Positions 27,063-42,156 of a stretch of 64,000 nucleotides of DNA are shown in pieces. This stretch comes from the human T2T-CHM13v2.0 reference genome, Homo sapiens. Every line of letters begins with the position of its first letter. Position 1 is the first letter of the stretch. A model generated the notes under the pieces. It did not search any database. It worked only from the letters and a program-made list of their open reading frames with translations, and had not been told where the DNA came from. The position numbers and the translations under genes are program-made. The stretch is from assembly GCF_009914755.1 (NCBI RefSeq), contig NC_060928.1; one strand, given 5' to 3'.

Positions 27063-30000
27063 TACAGCTAGCACTTAACTCACATACTCTGCATCTAAAC
27101 TTCACGCTCTTAAACACTGCACCATAACTTTGCCACAGGCAGTATTATAAGTAGCAGATGTTCAGAGCTGCAGTGTCATGAGTAATGAGAGCAATGAGAA
27201 TGGATTCACTTTGGACTAAAGAGTTTGCAATTGTTCCATTGTAGTGAATTCACTAGTGAAGCTAACCTGCTGATTTTTCGTCTCAGATGTGTGCATTGAC
27301 ACTAATGATTAAAGGTATTTCACCAGGTCATCATACTATGTGCATGGTTATTTTTTAATTAGACACTATAAGCTAATTGGATATCAGAAACATACATTTA
27401 TAAAGAGAAGGATTTTCTGCTCTTAACTAGAAATCTGAGACCCCAGGTAACTGGAGGTGACAACGGAAATGTGGATTAGGGCTAGCTGGAAGAAATCAGA
27501 TGACTTAAGAAAATGTGAACCCGCATGTCTTTCCAAAGGACTCCTGCTTATAGCCCTCATCTTATCTTTCTTCCTAAGTCTTGTTTCTAAGGGGCAGTCA
27601 ATTAGAATATGGCTTAGACCAGGGGAGGGTTCTATGCTGGATAATAAGACTTCTAGCACAAGGCTATATAGGTATACACATAAAAGAAATCCTCTTCGTG
27701 GGCACAATCATGTGCAGCCACATGACTGAACATGAATTTCACTCTGTGATCAAAGAGGTGATTCCAAGAATTCATCTTCATGTGCTCCATTCATCCTGTT
27801 ACTCACCTTACTATATTTGTTCAACAGAATGTGATTTATTCTCCAGATCAATGACCAGTGCCTGCTGCATCAACTTTTTTTCTTTTTCTTTCTTTCTTTT
27901 TTTTTTTTTTTTGGTGAAGTTTAATGCCGTTATCTTGCTTTTCTCCCACCATTGTATGTTTAGAAAAATCTATAGAGCAGAATAGTCAAAAGCAGAGATT
28001 CTTATGTACAAATATAGAGATTGAAGTCCAAGCTCTACCACATATTAGTTGTGTGAACTTGGCTGAATTATCCAACATTTTGATGTCTCACTCTCCTCTC
28101 CTCACAAAAGAGATAATATATTGTGGATTCAGAACACAGTGGCCCAGGTACACCATGTTTTGTTCCTTTTTTGAGGAATGACATAATTTTGGATTCCAAA
28201 TCTTAAAATCACTTTTTGTTTATTTAGTCACTCACAAACATGTATTGGGTTCCTATGATGGGCCAGGACCTTACCCAAGCAACATACTGGCCCCTGTTTT
28301 TTAGTAAATATAAACTAGTGGGACAGAGAGACGCTAATTGTGTAATTATACAAAGAAGAATAAAGTTGTAATTCTGAGAGCTGCTATTATAATAAAACCT
28401 GTAGTGGGAAGATGTGATCATATAGGGTGTGGAAGTTTTGAAATTATGTCTATGGAAAGACTACAAGGCTGGGAACCAAGAGGTGAACGGCAGTGGATAC
28501 TTATTCCTTTGTCAACTTAGTACCCACCACATTGCTGGGATCTGCTTTTCCGAGATCTATCCCTCCCTCCCCCAATTCTATCCACAGGGTTATCACGAGT
28601 GATTCTATGTAATTAGAGTATGACTCCAAATCTTGGTCACAGCTGGTCAGTACAGAGGTGGGTGTCTTACTCAAGCTGGGCCAGCTGAAGAGGTCTTCAG
28701 GGAATGTGGATTCCATTAAAAGAGGACAGTTGGGTCTGGCTGTTCTTTTGCACTAGAATGATGCAATTCAGATGTTACTGACTAACATAATTTTTTTTCC
28801 TGTTTTTCAGGCTAGGAAAGAGACAGTCGGTGTGCAGCAAGAGAAAAGAGAGGAGGAAACATGTGGAAAGACCCAAAGGTAAGACATAGAGAGAAGAAAA
28901 TGTGGTTCTAGCGGTGGCTGAACCACTAGATTCAGCTGGTCTCCATTCTTGGGTTATTTGAGACACTATATCCTAATGATAACTTTCCTTTTTAGATTGT
29001 TAGTGTATTCAGTTTGAGTCCCTGTTGCTTTCTGTTCAGATTTCTGCTATATTATTGTCACCAAATAATAGAGTCCAAACAAAACTCAGTATAAATAGTG
29101 ATGTGAAGGGGTGGGAGCAAGAACTAGACTAGAGCAAGCAAAGAGTGATGATGAAGTGAAGAAGTCGAATAGCAACCATTTCAACAGATTTGGCTGTAAA
29201 AGTGAAACTGGGGATGAGGTGGAATGGAGAGAGAGTGGTAGAGACAGCTTGTGACCAGTTTACTCCCCTGCAATGGTATAGATTTGTGGCTGCAAAGCAG
29301 CTGCTTGTAAAGATGAGCTGTAAGCTTGTTTCCTTCTGTTTGGATCATTTAATTTTGTTAATTTTAAGAATGAAGACACAAGAGCATGCCTGAATGCAAT
29401 GGGAAGTAGATCAGTTGACCTTTGCTGAATAACAAGGTGGACCTAAAACTGGGTGACTTGAAACAGTAAGTATTTTTAGTTCTTGATTCTGCACATCAGC
29501 AGTCTGGGCTGGGTTCAGCCAGAGGATTCTGCTAGTCTGAGCTGTTCTTACTTACATTATCATTGCAGTCCATAGTCAGTCAGTGGGTGGTTTTCTGGGG
29601 CTGGATAGTGTATGATGGTTGACCTTCATGGGTGGCAGTTAGCTTGCTGCTATCTAGGGTCAATAGGCAACTAGACAACATATCTTTTGTCATCTCATAA
29701 GCTCGTCCAGGATTTCTCCTTTTTGATCAAAGCAAACCACATGCCCAAACCTGGAGTCAGAGTCAGTGTTGAAGGGCATTAGCAAAGGGTGTCACTCAGG
29801 GAGGCATGAACAAATCAAGGCCATTATGGAATTCAATTTGCCCAAAAGGCATAGAGAATGAATATAGAAGTATGAGATAGGGTAACTGTTTGAGATGGTC
29901 ATATACAGTCCTCAGATCCATTTTAGCCTTAAAATAGAAGGCAGTTTTGCTAGGAGTTCAACAATTAAAACGCATCATTTTGGTGGCATTTCAAAAAAAA

Positions 30001-30585
30001 TGTTGGTGGCAGATGCAGTGTTTTGTTTTCTTGAACTCTTATCATTTATTTCTCATAGAAGCTGCAAAAGCAGGCCTTCCATTTTAGAAACCGGGACAGC
30101 CCGCTGCCAGTAATGTGCTCAGCTCAACTCTCTAATTACTGTCATGCTGATGGAGGTTAAATATTTATGAAGAATGCGCTTTTTATCACCCAATCTAATT
30201 TTTAAACTCAGATTTTCTGATCTCATTGAGATGTTAATAACCCGTGTTTCCCCCCCTCCTTTAGTTTTTTTTTTTATCTTTTTTTTTTTTTTTTTGCTAG
30301 AAGTCAAAGATCTCTGCGTTCTCATTTATTTTGTAAAGAGTGAGACATTTTGGGGGATAACTGTTGCATAAAGGGGATTGCCAAGAATGGAAAGTGGAAG
30401 GAATTGACAAGAACCTACTTTCAATTCAGCCAAAAAAATTGTTGGTAGCAGTACTGGAGAGTGAATTTGAACAATTTGATTGTGATACTAGTTCTGCCGT
30501 TTTATAGCATTGTTATGGTCTTGGACAAATGAACCCCACTGAGACTTAGTTTCTTCATTGCTAAAATGAAGATTTTATCATACCA

Positions 30586-31012
30586 TGTATTAGTTTACTG
30601 TATTACTGCTATATCAAATTACCACCGACTCAGTGGCTTGAAACAATACAAGTGTATTATCTTACAGTTCTGGAGGTCAGAAGTCTACACTGGATGGGCA
30701 GAGCTGGTTCTTTCTAGAAGCTCACCCATTTACTACTATTCTTTTCCAGTTGGTAGAGGCTGCCATCATCCCCTGGCTTATGACCACACATCACCCCAAT
30801 CTCTGCTTCTGACTCTGACCCTCCTGACTCTCTCTTATAAGGACATTTGTCCTTATAAAGTGGGCCCACCCAGAAAAATCCAGAAAACATTTTCATCTCA
30901 AGATCTTTAACTTAACCACATTCTCAATGTCTCTTTCTAAAATGTAAGGTAATATACGCATACATTTGGAGGATTAGGATGTGGGCATCTTTGGAGCTCT
31001 TATTCCATCCAC
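30586..31012 (-). mobile_element. MLT1C/D-like LTR inside a MIR
   Basis: tgtattagtt...cagttctggaggtcagaagtc...gattaggatgtgggcatc. Confidence 0.8.
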
Positions 31013-32904
31013 ATCAATTAACTGGGTTTTTGCAAAGATGGCATAATCCTTGTGAAGGATTTAACACAGTGCTTGGCATGAGTAGATGGTGCTGTTGCTG
31101 CTGCTTCTGCATTGCCTCACTGTTGTCTTCTGAATTCCCCCACACCTGCAGGAAAATGTCTCAGCACCCTAGCACAACATGTAAGAGACTTAGAGACTCA
31201 TCCTGATACTGGGTGCCCTGATCTTCATCGTCCAGGCACCAAAAATAGGTGATGGCCCACCCTGTCCACTTTTGTGTGCAAGAGGACTCCATGCTTTTGT
31301 TAAAACCACCCCCACCTTCACCCACAAAGTAATCTTTCCACCTTTATTAGGTGGCGTAATTTCCATTATTTCTACAAATTTCAGTTTCAACATTACTTTC
31401 TTCAGAAAGCCACCACTGAGTGATTTCCTCTTCCCTAATGTTACCAGGTGCTTCCTCTGAGCCCTTTCTATTCTTCTTGTTTTCATGGGAATTCACTCAC
31501 TGTTTTGTAATTATCTCATGGGTGTCAATTTTCTCCTTAGAATGTATTTTCTTGAAGGTGGAGCCATCTCTGCCTCTGAAGTGCTCAATGCTTAATACGC
31601 AAGTGCTCAACTCAAGCTTGTTATTATAAACACTGTCAAAGCCACAGATGAGCAGGTGGCACTTAAGCTACTGTTCTAGACAAACAGCAGCAATGCTTTG
31701 TGTTAATAGCAGAGATGGCCTTGGAGACCTATACGAACTTACTGAGCTCCTTCATATTGAGATGAAAAACCGGAGTCCATACCTGGGCAAGGCAAGGAAT
31801 GACATAGGGACACTAACAATGTTGCTTTAGAGGCAAACTCACCTCCACAGTCAGTGGAACAATAAAAAGGGTGAATGGTTTTGGACAAAGTTTAGGGGAA
31901 AGGCTATGAATTGACAAGATGTGGTTGAGCACCCAGCATTAAGTTCTGCTTTGCAGATAGTCAATCCTTGCTTCCAAGTGCCTATTGCCTCACTGAGGAA
32001 AATAAATATGCACATATGATAATGACAAGGAGTGGTCCAAGTGTATAAATCACACATTTACCTGTGGAATTGACTATCAGTGACTGCATTTTTTAGAAGA
32101 GAGCAGCCACCCTGGCTCTGTGGCTACATTCAGCTTTAGAGTCAGCCAGATCTGAGTTTGATCCATCCTTTTCTTACTATATGACCTTAAGTGAGTCTAA
32201 TTACTCCCTGAGCCTTGGTTTAATAAAACAATCATAATCATAATGTAATAACTTTGAGTTGTACACTTTCCATACACCACAATAAATAGCTTTAAAGGAT
32301 TGATTTACTCAATCCTCACCTCCATTTTGAGAATAAGTATCTCTTCATTTACAGAAGAGAAAATTGAGGCACAAAGTGGTTAAATTATTTTCTCCAAGTC
32401 AGCACAATTAAGGGAGCAGCTGAGACATGACCTAAGTTCCTTGCTCCATACCCTTTGCACTTGCCCCTGTGGCACTGGCATTGTCATCTCACCGCCAGGG
32501 AGAGTAAACATCTCTCAGAGCTGCTGCAAAAGCTGAATAGAATAATAGATGTGGAAGAGCTTTGTGAGCTCTTGGAAACCTCACTAATGGGAAGAACAGC
32601 TCCATTTCCCTGCTTTAAACCCCTTCCTCTCTATCTCTTTTATTGTCTTAGGCCCATAATCCTGTGGACCTAAAGGTTGCTGTATGAAGTGGACAGGATG
32701 ATGTTGTTCATGATCTGCCTACCTCATAGGGTGGAAGCGAAAAATCAAGTGAGATTACATATGTTAAAAGACTCTATTGTAGGTGCAGAACACACTTTAT
32801 TTACATAGTTAACCATTTATCTTTCTGTCAGCCTTCTAGTTTCTTTTTTTGTATAAAAGCTTCCCAGATGTCCCTAGACCATTTCAAAACCTTGTAGATC
32901 TACT

Positions 32905-33620
32905 AAGTAAGTGCATTTATTGATGCAAAAAATGTTTATTGTACACCCCTACATCTCAGGCACTGGGGATTTTGTACAAACAAGACAGATGAGATTCAGG
33001 CTGTCATGGAACCTATGTTCTAGTAGGGTGTCCACAGGCACTGTACAAACTAGAAAATAATTGAGCAGATTAAGCAAAATAAGTTCAGATATAGTCAATT
33101 TCTAGGAAGAAAATAAAAAAAATAAAAGGATGTGACAGAAACTGACCTGTATGAGTTGTCCTAGAGGGAGTGGTGAAGACAAAAATCATTCAGAACAAGT
33201 GCTCCTGAAGTTGAGACCCAAATGATGGGAAGGATGAACAAAGTTGGGGTGTTTAAGGCACAGTAGGAAAGCCAGTGAGCAAGAGAGATGGAGGTCACAG
33301 TGGAAGTCAGAGAGGAAGGCAGGATCAGGGAAGACTTTGCGGGCCAGGTCAAAAGTTTCTATTTGATTTCAAGAGGAAAAAAGAGGCATTGGAGGGTTTT
33401 AAGCAAAGGTGTCATGACACAATGGGGATATTGAACAATCCCCTTTTGCTTTGACTGTTTCATAGATGGTGAATAATGATGGGGCCAGAGTAGAAACAAA
33501 GGCAGTGAGATTAATTTGGAGGCACTCTTATACACACATGAGAGATGGTTCTAGCTTGAACTAGGTGTAACAGTGATGACGTCAGCACATAGGGTCTAAT
33601 ATTTGTAAGAGATCTTTTGA
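32905..33620 (-). mobile_element. L2 LINE remnant
   Basis: Degenerate L2 3' region motifs (catttattga, ggagggttttaagca); boundaries approximate. Confidence 0.6.
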
Positions 33621-36600
33621 GGTAAGGCATAAACCTCCACCTTGACTGTTACATCTTTACCATCAGAAACCATGTCGGATACTTCCTTCTACCTCCTTAT
33701 AAGCATTTTTGTGCATGAGTCAATAATGAAAATAAAAAATGCATTTCCAGATGAATTTTATACCCCCAACCCCCAAAGCTCTGCTTTCTATTTCAACAGA
33801 TACTTAGATCTTAGACTTTGGCAGAGGTGTACATTTTGAGAAAAAGCAGAAGCAAAAATTAACACGTCTAGTGTGAAATGCATTGCCGCTGTTTCATTTC
33901 TCCTCCCTCAACAGAGCACTGCATGCCACACTCACTTTAGAGATGATCAGCTTTTTTTTTTTCTTTGTGATCTTGCCAAATTGCATTAGTTTCTATATTT
34001 ATCTATTTTCCGCCCCCGGGATTGACTCTTAATGATACATTTGGGGAATAGCTCCACCCTCTCTTCCTACATTCCCTGCTAAACCTCTGTGTGTGCTTTT
34101 GAGGCACTAAATTTATGCTGTCTCTCTGTGTAGCACTGTGTAGTTTTGGACATATCATTCCCTAACTGGGTTTCATCTCATCACAAAATGTATCAGTCAC
34201 CCTAACTTTTCATTAAGGGGTCAAGGAGGCAGATGTTCCTCTGGGACTTGTTTTGTCGCATAACTGTCAAACTGTAGGCGTTAGGAATGGGAGGTACAGA
34301 GGGAGTGTAAGAGCTCTGAACCCCCATAGGCACCATGCTTTGTCTCCAGACCAAATAAAATGGCTTCCTTTTATAAGTTCCAATATTTTTTTCAAATGCA
34401 TGTTAATAATGTTTGGTAGAATACAATCTAGATATAGTTTACATTTTTATTAGCTTATGATAGTCTTTTGTCACGTTTTGCTCGATATGGACTCTAGATG
34501 TATAAGCACTTTTCCGTGGTGGTTGAAATGTTGTTAGACTCTGAAAAGGCCTCTACACATGGTGAGCATTCTCAAAATTGCAGGCTTCAGAGTCAGGCAC
34601 CTGTGTTTCTGTGCTTGCTACATTGTGGTGAACTCCAGAAGGTCAGGGCGAAGCCTGACACTGTCCATGTCCACATTGTGAAATGCAGGCCCTAGGAGCT
34701 TTTAGGAAAGAAAAAAGAATCACATTCCTGCGTGGTGTGTACTACTGTACTATGCATACTGTTTTCTAGACTTGAGCTGCTAACACAATTAATTCTGAAA
34801 CAAGCCAGTGAAGGAGGTAGTTTCACGATGACAATTATAATTGATAATGATCATCTTCATTTTATAGATGAAGAAACAGGCCCAGAGAAACCTGGAGCTC
34901 AGGGAGATTAAGTAACCTGCCTAAGTTTGCAGCTGCTCAGAGGCAGAGCCTGAACTGGAGCTCACAAATTTGAATCACAATCTCTCAGTAAAACCTCATG
35001 TTGTTCCAAATAAAAGTGTGTGACGTTGGTAATGAACAAATGACCTTACAACGCCATGTTGCAGACATCTCAAACATCTCTACTCCTACGGCTGGGACAT
35101 CAGCCCCTTCTCAGGGTTTCATGCCAGCCTGAGAAAAGATGGCAAGGCAGTGGAGGAAGGAGGAGGAATGTGTAATACCATTTGTTTCTCTAATAGTCCT
35201 GTGACACCAATATTTAATTTTCTCACTGAGGATATTTCCCATTGTGTCAGCAGAGCCAAGGAAATTGCTCATTGCAGAGAAGGGCCATATTTATGCTTCC
35301 ATTAGGGAAAGAGCAGAATGATGTTCTGCATTGATATAATTAATGCCCTTTGCCAAGAACAGACAGCATTTGATATTTATTATTCTTCCCTTAACTCATC
35401 CTGCCTCCATTCCCCACCCTGTGTGGCACAAGCAGCCCATAACATTCTTGCCCAGCCCCCCAAAAGGAGAAAAAAGCTGGAGGCTGACCCAGACCCTCAC
35501 GGCTATGCTACGTCCTTGCCTGAGTCTTTGGACAAGTCACTTTCTTTCTCTGAGGTCATTTTTTCTCATTTTTAAAATAAAAATCACAATCTTATATTGC
35601 AAGATCATTTTGAAGATTAAATAGGATGGATGATAAAATGTAAGGTACAAAGTTTGTTCTGCTACGGTGGTACCTGCCTTGTAGATTTCGCTAGTTTTGT
35701 CATAGGCATTCTTAAGTAGTGACATAATGGGAAAAGCACTGGCTAGAAGGCAGTTCTGCCTGAGGTCAAGTTCTGACTCTGCCATTTACCAGATCTGTGA
35801 CATCGTCACCTCTCTGAGACTTCTCATTTGCATCACCATGGCCAGTTCTTGATTCTAGAGCCCTCCACTTCCCTTGGTGAGAAATACTTGCCCCTCTGCC
35901 TGCAGGCCTGGTCCAGCCTGGGCGGGTACTCAGGGGTCCATCATTGGGCCAGCTGGATTCTAGACCTGTTCTCACCTGTGGGACATCAGGTATTGAGATC
36001 TGAGCATCATCTCTTATGTCTGAGTCTCTGTCTCAGCAGCCCCTTCCCCAGAGACTGCAACCCTGCCTTGCCTCTAACAGCCAAATGATACTTATTGATT
36101 GGATTGGTTAATGGGTGTCCATCACTGGGAGCACAAAAGTGGACAAAATAGCTCCTGGCCTTAGGAAGATCAGCATTTAAAGGAGAGAGATGGAAATTTT
36201 AAAAAGAGAAAACAAAACACATATTGGATGTCTCCTGCTGCTTAGGGACTCTACTAGCCTTTTACTTAAAGCCAGTTCTGATATGTTTGTTTTTGTAATC
36301 CAAATATGTTCCCAAAAGATTGATCTATCAGGGGACAGTTTGAGTATAATGCACATTTTGTGTTTGCTTAGCAGGATTTTGTTCACAAGAAACACTAGTA
36401 AACAAAGAAAACTGTACCTGCATGAGCCGGAGCATGTAGAAATGCACACAATGTACACAGGCAATGCCGTGAGCATCTCCCAGTCACTCCCATCCACAGC
36501 CTGTGTAGTGAGCCCGTCACATCTGGTGTGACGACTTTCCATCGAATTTCGTACAACCTTCTTTCCTCCACTTCACAATGGCTCACAAGCTGCAAACTTC

Positions 36601-38029
36601 AGTTCATTTTCAAGATCAAGGGCCATCTTTATTAGTATTCCATCTCTTAATATGTGTGAAATTATGTTACTATTTTTATGAGGTTTCTACATTTTAGGTA
36701 AAAAGTGTCCGTGATAAAGTTTGTGAGTGTTGTGCCCCAACCCCATTTTTCTTCCTATAAACCCTGCTGTTCCTACGACATAATCACACATAGTTACAAT
36801 GATATTTTAGAAACTCTTATGTCACATCATAGCAAAATTGATTATGCATAATCTCATTTAGTTTAGCTTAATTGAGACAGGTGGGTATTATGTCAGTATT
36901 TATTATGTGGGTGTTATTTTTTCCAATTTGCAGCTGTAGGAATTGAAGGTCAGGTTGATCCAGGTCACCATCTACTATGTGTAGTGCTGAAATTAAAACC
37001 CAGGTCAGTCTGCTTCCTAAGTGTGGCTATTAGCCATGGTGCTTTGAGGATGGAAGAAATCTACTTCCTTAATACTCAGGAGATTCACAGAGTCAGGACC
37101 AAATACTCACAGAGCATTTGAAGATTTCCAGCCAACATTTTCAGAGCCTGGCTACTATCCAGGGGAATTTAAAGTGTGACGCAGCCCACCAAAGTTGATT
37201 GCATCTTAGAGAATGGAATCCAAGTCTCCCACCAGGAAAAATACAGGCATTCATTAGTTCCTTCCCCTAAAAGGTTGGACATTGATCCAGGCACTATAGA
37301 GCACCTGGGATACAACACTGAGCAAAGCGGTCTTCCTCCCTGCCTCACTCTGCTTAGAGGAGCCAATTCCTGGGAATGGAGGGGGTTGCAGACATTAAGG
37401 AAAGGAAGCATTCCAAACACAAGAGTGTGGTGGGTAAGGCCAAAGTCTGCTGGAAATAGCTGTAAGGTCCGTGTGGAAATGCAGGGATCATTCGGGGAGA
37501 AAATGGTATATTCATAGTGCACTGGATTGAGAAGGAATGCACGACACATGAAGAAATAGAGGCAGCCAGTTCAGTTAGAGAAGCCTAAATAGGTAGGAGA
37601 TGTACATGATTAAGGAATATTTTATTAAAATAAGGGGAAATGAGCCCACGCAAATACAAAAAAGAAGGAGAAAGAAACTGAAGTTAGTGTTAGGGAAAGC
37701 TGGTGAGCCAAGTCCCTGGGGAGCTTCCTCCCTGAACTCCTGCACCTCCCTAGAGAGAGTTGTTCCAACAGCACCTCCACTCTGATCATGGTTATGTACC
37801 CCACACCCGACAGCCAACATTCTGTGGAATTGGAAGACTTTCCAGTGTGTGTCAGGTGTGATTCCAGCATTCAGACTTCCTGACTTGCCATGTATGACAG
37901 GTGCACACAAAGTCACTGGCCTCAGACTTTCCTTCCCATCTCTAATCAACCTGACAATTATCGGCAAAGTGTATGTTACATGGATTTCGCTTCAATTAAA
38001 CATATCATCTATGTGTCGCATAAAATTGT

Positions 38030-38135
38030 CATGTGTATACATATATACATATGTGTACACCTATATATACATATGTATACATGTGTGTATACATACATGT
38101 ATATACATGCAGATATACATGTACATATGTATGTA
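38030..38135. repeat. (TATACA/TGTA)n alternating purine-pyrimidine simple repeat
   Basis: Seen directly. Confidence 0.9.
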
Positions 38136-39305
38136 TCTTATCATAGAAAATCATTGGTTTTATGTATATTGTTTCTGAAGACAACTTTAAGTAAGACAAA
38201 ATCAATTTAAAAAATATATTGAATACAAAAAAAGTACAAGTAGTGGCTGCATGTAGCCTGAACTTTACAGAAGGTACAGGAATTTCTTGGGAAACACTTA
38301 CGTAGGCAAATAGCTTAACAGAAGATACTGTTTTCTCATATATAAAGTAGGAAATAACAACAATCTCAAGGTTTTTATAAGTTTGACATTAAATTGTAAA
38401 TGTGGAATCTAGACACTCCCCAGTCTTCTGGTCTTGTGAATACAGACGGAATTCCATAAGCATTATTGATCTAAATTTCCAATATAATCATGTAATTTCA
38501 GTCCCCTTCAAAGTCCACCTCTCATTCCAGTATTATTTCTTGGATGTTTTGATCAGTTTCCCAGGTGCTTATAATGAGCTGTGGTATCAAAGTCAAGGGT
38601 GCCCGTGCCTACTTCTACTGGTGTGTGGTCTAAGGCACCCATCCTGGCTGTCCTTCTAGGTGAACACTGCCCTTCTGGAGAGATATCTTCCAGGGCATCT
38701 CAGCTGTCCAGTCTCTTAGGTATCTCAGGTGGGTTGGTGCAGGCTTCATGGTCCTCTGCATGCTTCCAGAGAAGAGCTCCTTTTTGTTAGGTTTGAGATC
38801 CTTTCACTCCTAAGGGCTCAACCCACAGACTGTGCCACCCCCCTGAGACCCACCCACAATGAACATCCCCCTAGTATTTTTCAGTCAAGAAAGAAAAAGA
38901 AGATGCCCAGTATGAGTGAATAGATGTTTGCAGACCAACAAATTCAGCTTTTTTTAGACAAGCCAGGAAAACCTGAGCTACCTATCAGTTCAGTTAGAAT
39001 CATGCAGACACATAGTAGTTTCTTATCCAAAGTTGTTCGGGACCCTTACTAGGAATTAAGATGCAGATGCCCCCACAACTGCTCTATGCATTAACATTGC
39101 ATGTTCTACTGCAGGGTGAGGTCACCTCCTGGGCCTCATAACCATGAATAGCACTTGGACAGTCACAGAGCCTTTGTCCATCAAAAATTATCACAGCAAT
39201 CCTGGGATTTATGTAATATTTGCCTTCCCTCACAGGTAAGGCAACTGAGACTAAAGAAAATCAAGTGACTTTCCTACTGACAGAGTTCATCATTGGTAAT
39301 GCCAA

Positions 39306-39725
39306 ATGCTCTGTATTGAACCCCACCCCAAAGTTCTTATGCAGAAATCTTAAACCTGAGTACCTCAGAATGCACCGTATTTGGAGAAAGACTCTTTACA
39401 AGACTTAAAATGAGGTCACTGGGGTGAGCCTTAGTCTAATATAAATAGTGTCCTTCTAAAAAGATGAAATCTGAAGAAAGATAAAGCACACATGTGAAGA
39501 TAAAAGCAGAAATCAGAGTGGTGTTCCTCCAAAGCCTTCGAAGAAAAGGGATTGCCAGCAAACCGCCTGAAGCTTGAAGACAGGTGTGGGACAGATTCTC
39601 CCTCACAGCCTCAGAAGGAACCAGCCCTGACAACACCTTGATCTTGGACTTCTGAGACACATTTTTGTTGTGTAAGCCACCCTGTCTGTGGTACTTTGTT
39701 AGAGCAGGTTTGGCCAGCCATTGCA
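39306..39725 (+). mobile_element. MLT1B/C-like LTR
   Basis: gattctccctcacagcctcagaaggaaccagccctg...gtttgttagagcag. Confidence 0.8.
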
Positions 39726-39800
39726 GCAAGGCTCAATGCATGTCTGTCTAAAACACAGCACTTATCACCCACTTACCAGCAGGCTGAGAGCCAAGAAGGG

Positions 39801-39858
39801 CACACACACACACACACAGACACCACATACACACACATCACACACACACACACACAAA
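39801..39858. repeat. Interrupted (CA)n microsatellite
   Basis: Seen directly. Confidence 0.9.
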
Positions 39859-40264
39859 TATACATGCACATTTAAGTTACTACAAAATTTCAGAAACTAA
39901 AGCTCATGCACAATGGTCCAAAGACCACTCTCAGGCCATCATGTAGCATCCATTATGGATTATTGTATTCATAGTTCTAACCAATGTGACGATGTATTTT
40001 CCAATCAGTTAGAGAAGAGATAGATTGAAGAAAACGTCAGCTAACATGTGCCAAACATTATGTTTATGACTTGCAGTGATAACAGAACATTTCTTTCTAA
40101 CAAAACCCTTCTGATTTACAAATGTGTATTACAATATACAATGAACATAAACTGTCTCCAAAATATCCTGGAATTTCAAAAGAATGGTAGTCTATAGAAG
40201 TCAAAGGTAAAATCTTAGTTACCTAAAATTATTCTTAGGATTCCACTGTATTGCTTTCCTCTTT

Positions 40265-41058
40265 TCAAATTTATTTTTTAAATTGGCATATAAACTTGTA
40301 TACATTTATCATGTAAAACGTGATGTGTTATAGCATGTATACTTTGTAAATGGTTAAATCTAGCTAATTAACAAATGTTTTACCTCACATAGCTATTATT
40401 TTTGTGATGAGAACACTTAATATCCACTCTCTTAACATTATTCAAGAGTATAATATGTATTATTTTCTATAGTCACCATGCTGTACAATATATCTTTTGA
40501 ACTTATTCCTCTTATCTGAGTGTATATATGTATTCTTTGACTAACATCTCCTCAAACTTTTCTTTTCCCTAACCAGTCAGCCTCTGCTAACCATTATTCT
40601 ATTTTCTACTCTTACGAGACAAACATTTTTAGATTCTACGTATGAGTGAGGTCATGCAGTCTTTGTCTTGCTGTGACTGGCTTATTTCAATTAACATGAG
40701 GTTCTCTAGGTTCATTCATGTTGTCACAAATGGCAGGATTTCCTCACTTTTTTTTTATTGCTGATTGGTACTTCATTGTGCGTATGTACCACATCTTCTT
40801 TATCCATTCATCCATTAATGAATAATTAGGTTGTTTCCATATCTTGGCCATTGCAAATAATACTGCAGTAAATATGGAAGTGCAGATAGCTCTTTGATAT
40901 ACTGATTTCATTTCCTTTGAGTATATACCCAGTGTTGTGATTGCTGAGTCATATGGTAGTTCTATTTTTAATTTTTTGAGGAATCTCCATACTGACTTTC
41001 ATAATGGCTGTACTAATTTACATTCTCATCAACATCATGTAAGAGTTCCCTTTTCCCA
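40265..41058 (-). mobile_element. L1MA 3' end
   Basis: Reverse ORF2 C-terminus and 3' UTR (ttagattc...tgagtgag, ggctgtactaatttacatt). Confidence 0.85.
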
Positions 41059-41734
41059 TGAAATTAAACAGCATTTCAATGCAGCGTAATGATGTATATA
41101 ATGATCTCCCAAAATATCACAAAAATAAGGATAATTTTTCAAGTGTCCTGTCTTAGAACACAGGAAAATATGCTTTATCACTAAGAAAAAAAACTTTACC
41201 AAGCATATTTATAATTCCAGATTTAAAGGCTTTAATGAGCCAAGTTTTATCAATCCCCCAACATTTAGTCACTCTAGAAATCATAATTTTCTGAGGTTCG
41301 AGGAGGTAAGTTTCGCCTGAACTAATCCTACCACGTTCTCTCCTCCACTATCACTTAGGCACAGCCACTTGGAGAACAGAAGAGTGTTAATCACTTTTCC
41401 TAGAGTCGTTTTTAATACTGTTTTCTAGGGTGCAGAGTGACCAGTTTTCTGCCTCTAATTAGCAAACTCATCATTTGAAGTGTGACCTAGGCCAGGCCAG
41501 CGGACTTTCAATGAATTTCTTAAAGATGCCTCACTCTGGTTGTGCTCCTCGCAAGTTAAATCCATCCCACGGGTATTTACAAGAAGCCTGCACAAGGACA
41601 AGCTCAGTGTTAGGAGGGGCTGTCAGTGGAAGTGGAAGACAACGCAGACATCTACACACCTTATGTTTGGGGAGTGGAGGAGAAGGAGACCGGATCGGGA
41701 CAGGGAAGGGCAGATGGGGCAAGATCCATGAGTC

Positions 41735-42156
41735 TTGAACTATGAGTTTTTAGGGCTGCCATGACAAGGCAACACACACCGAGTAGCATAAACAACAGAA
41801 AGTCACTGTCTCTCAGTTCTGGAGGCTGGAAGTTCAAGAACAACGTGTGGGTGGCATCGATTTCTTCTGAAGGCTATGAGGAAAGAATCAGTTCCAAGCC
41901 TGTCTCCCTGGCTTGTAGATGGCCACCTTATCCTTGCATCTCTTTACATTGTCTTTCCTCTATGTGGGTCCCTGTGTGCAAATCCCCCCTTTTTATAAGG
42001 ACACCAATCACTCAATCAAGACCCATCCTAAGGACCCCACTGTAACTTGATTACTTCTGTTGCAATCTCTATCTCCAAATAACTTCACATTCTGAAGTAC
42101 TAGGTGTTAGAACTTCGAAACATGAATTTGGGAGAAGACATAATTCAGCTCACAGC
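41735..42156 (-). mobile_element. MLT1B/C-like LTR
   Basis: cagttctggaggctggaag...tcacattctgaagtact...ataattcagc. Confidence 0.8.

Noticed and set aside
37849-38210. ORFs of ~106-109 aa, or a regularly spaced array
   Set aside because: Produced by a (TATACA)n simple repeat; there is no repeat-spacer structure, and no CRISPR-like array is seen anywhere in the window
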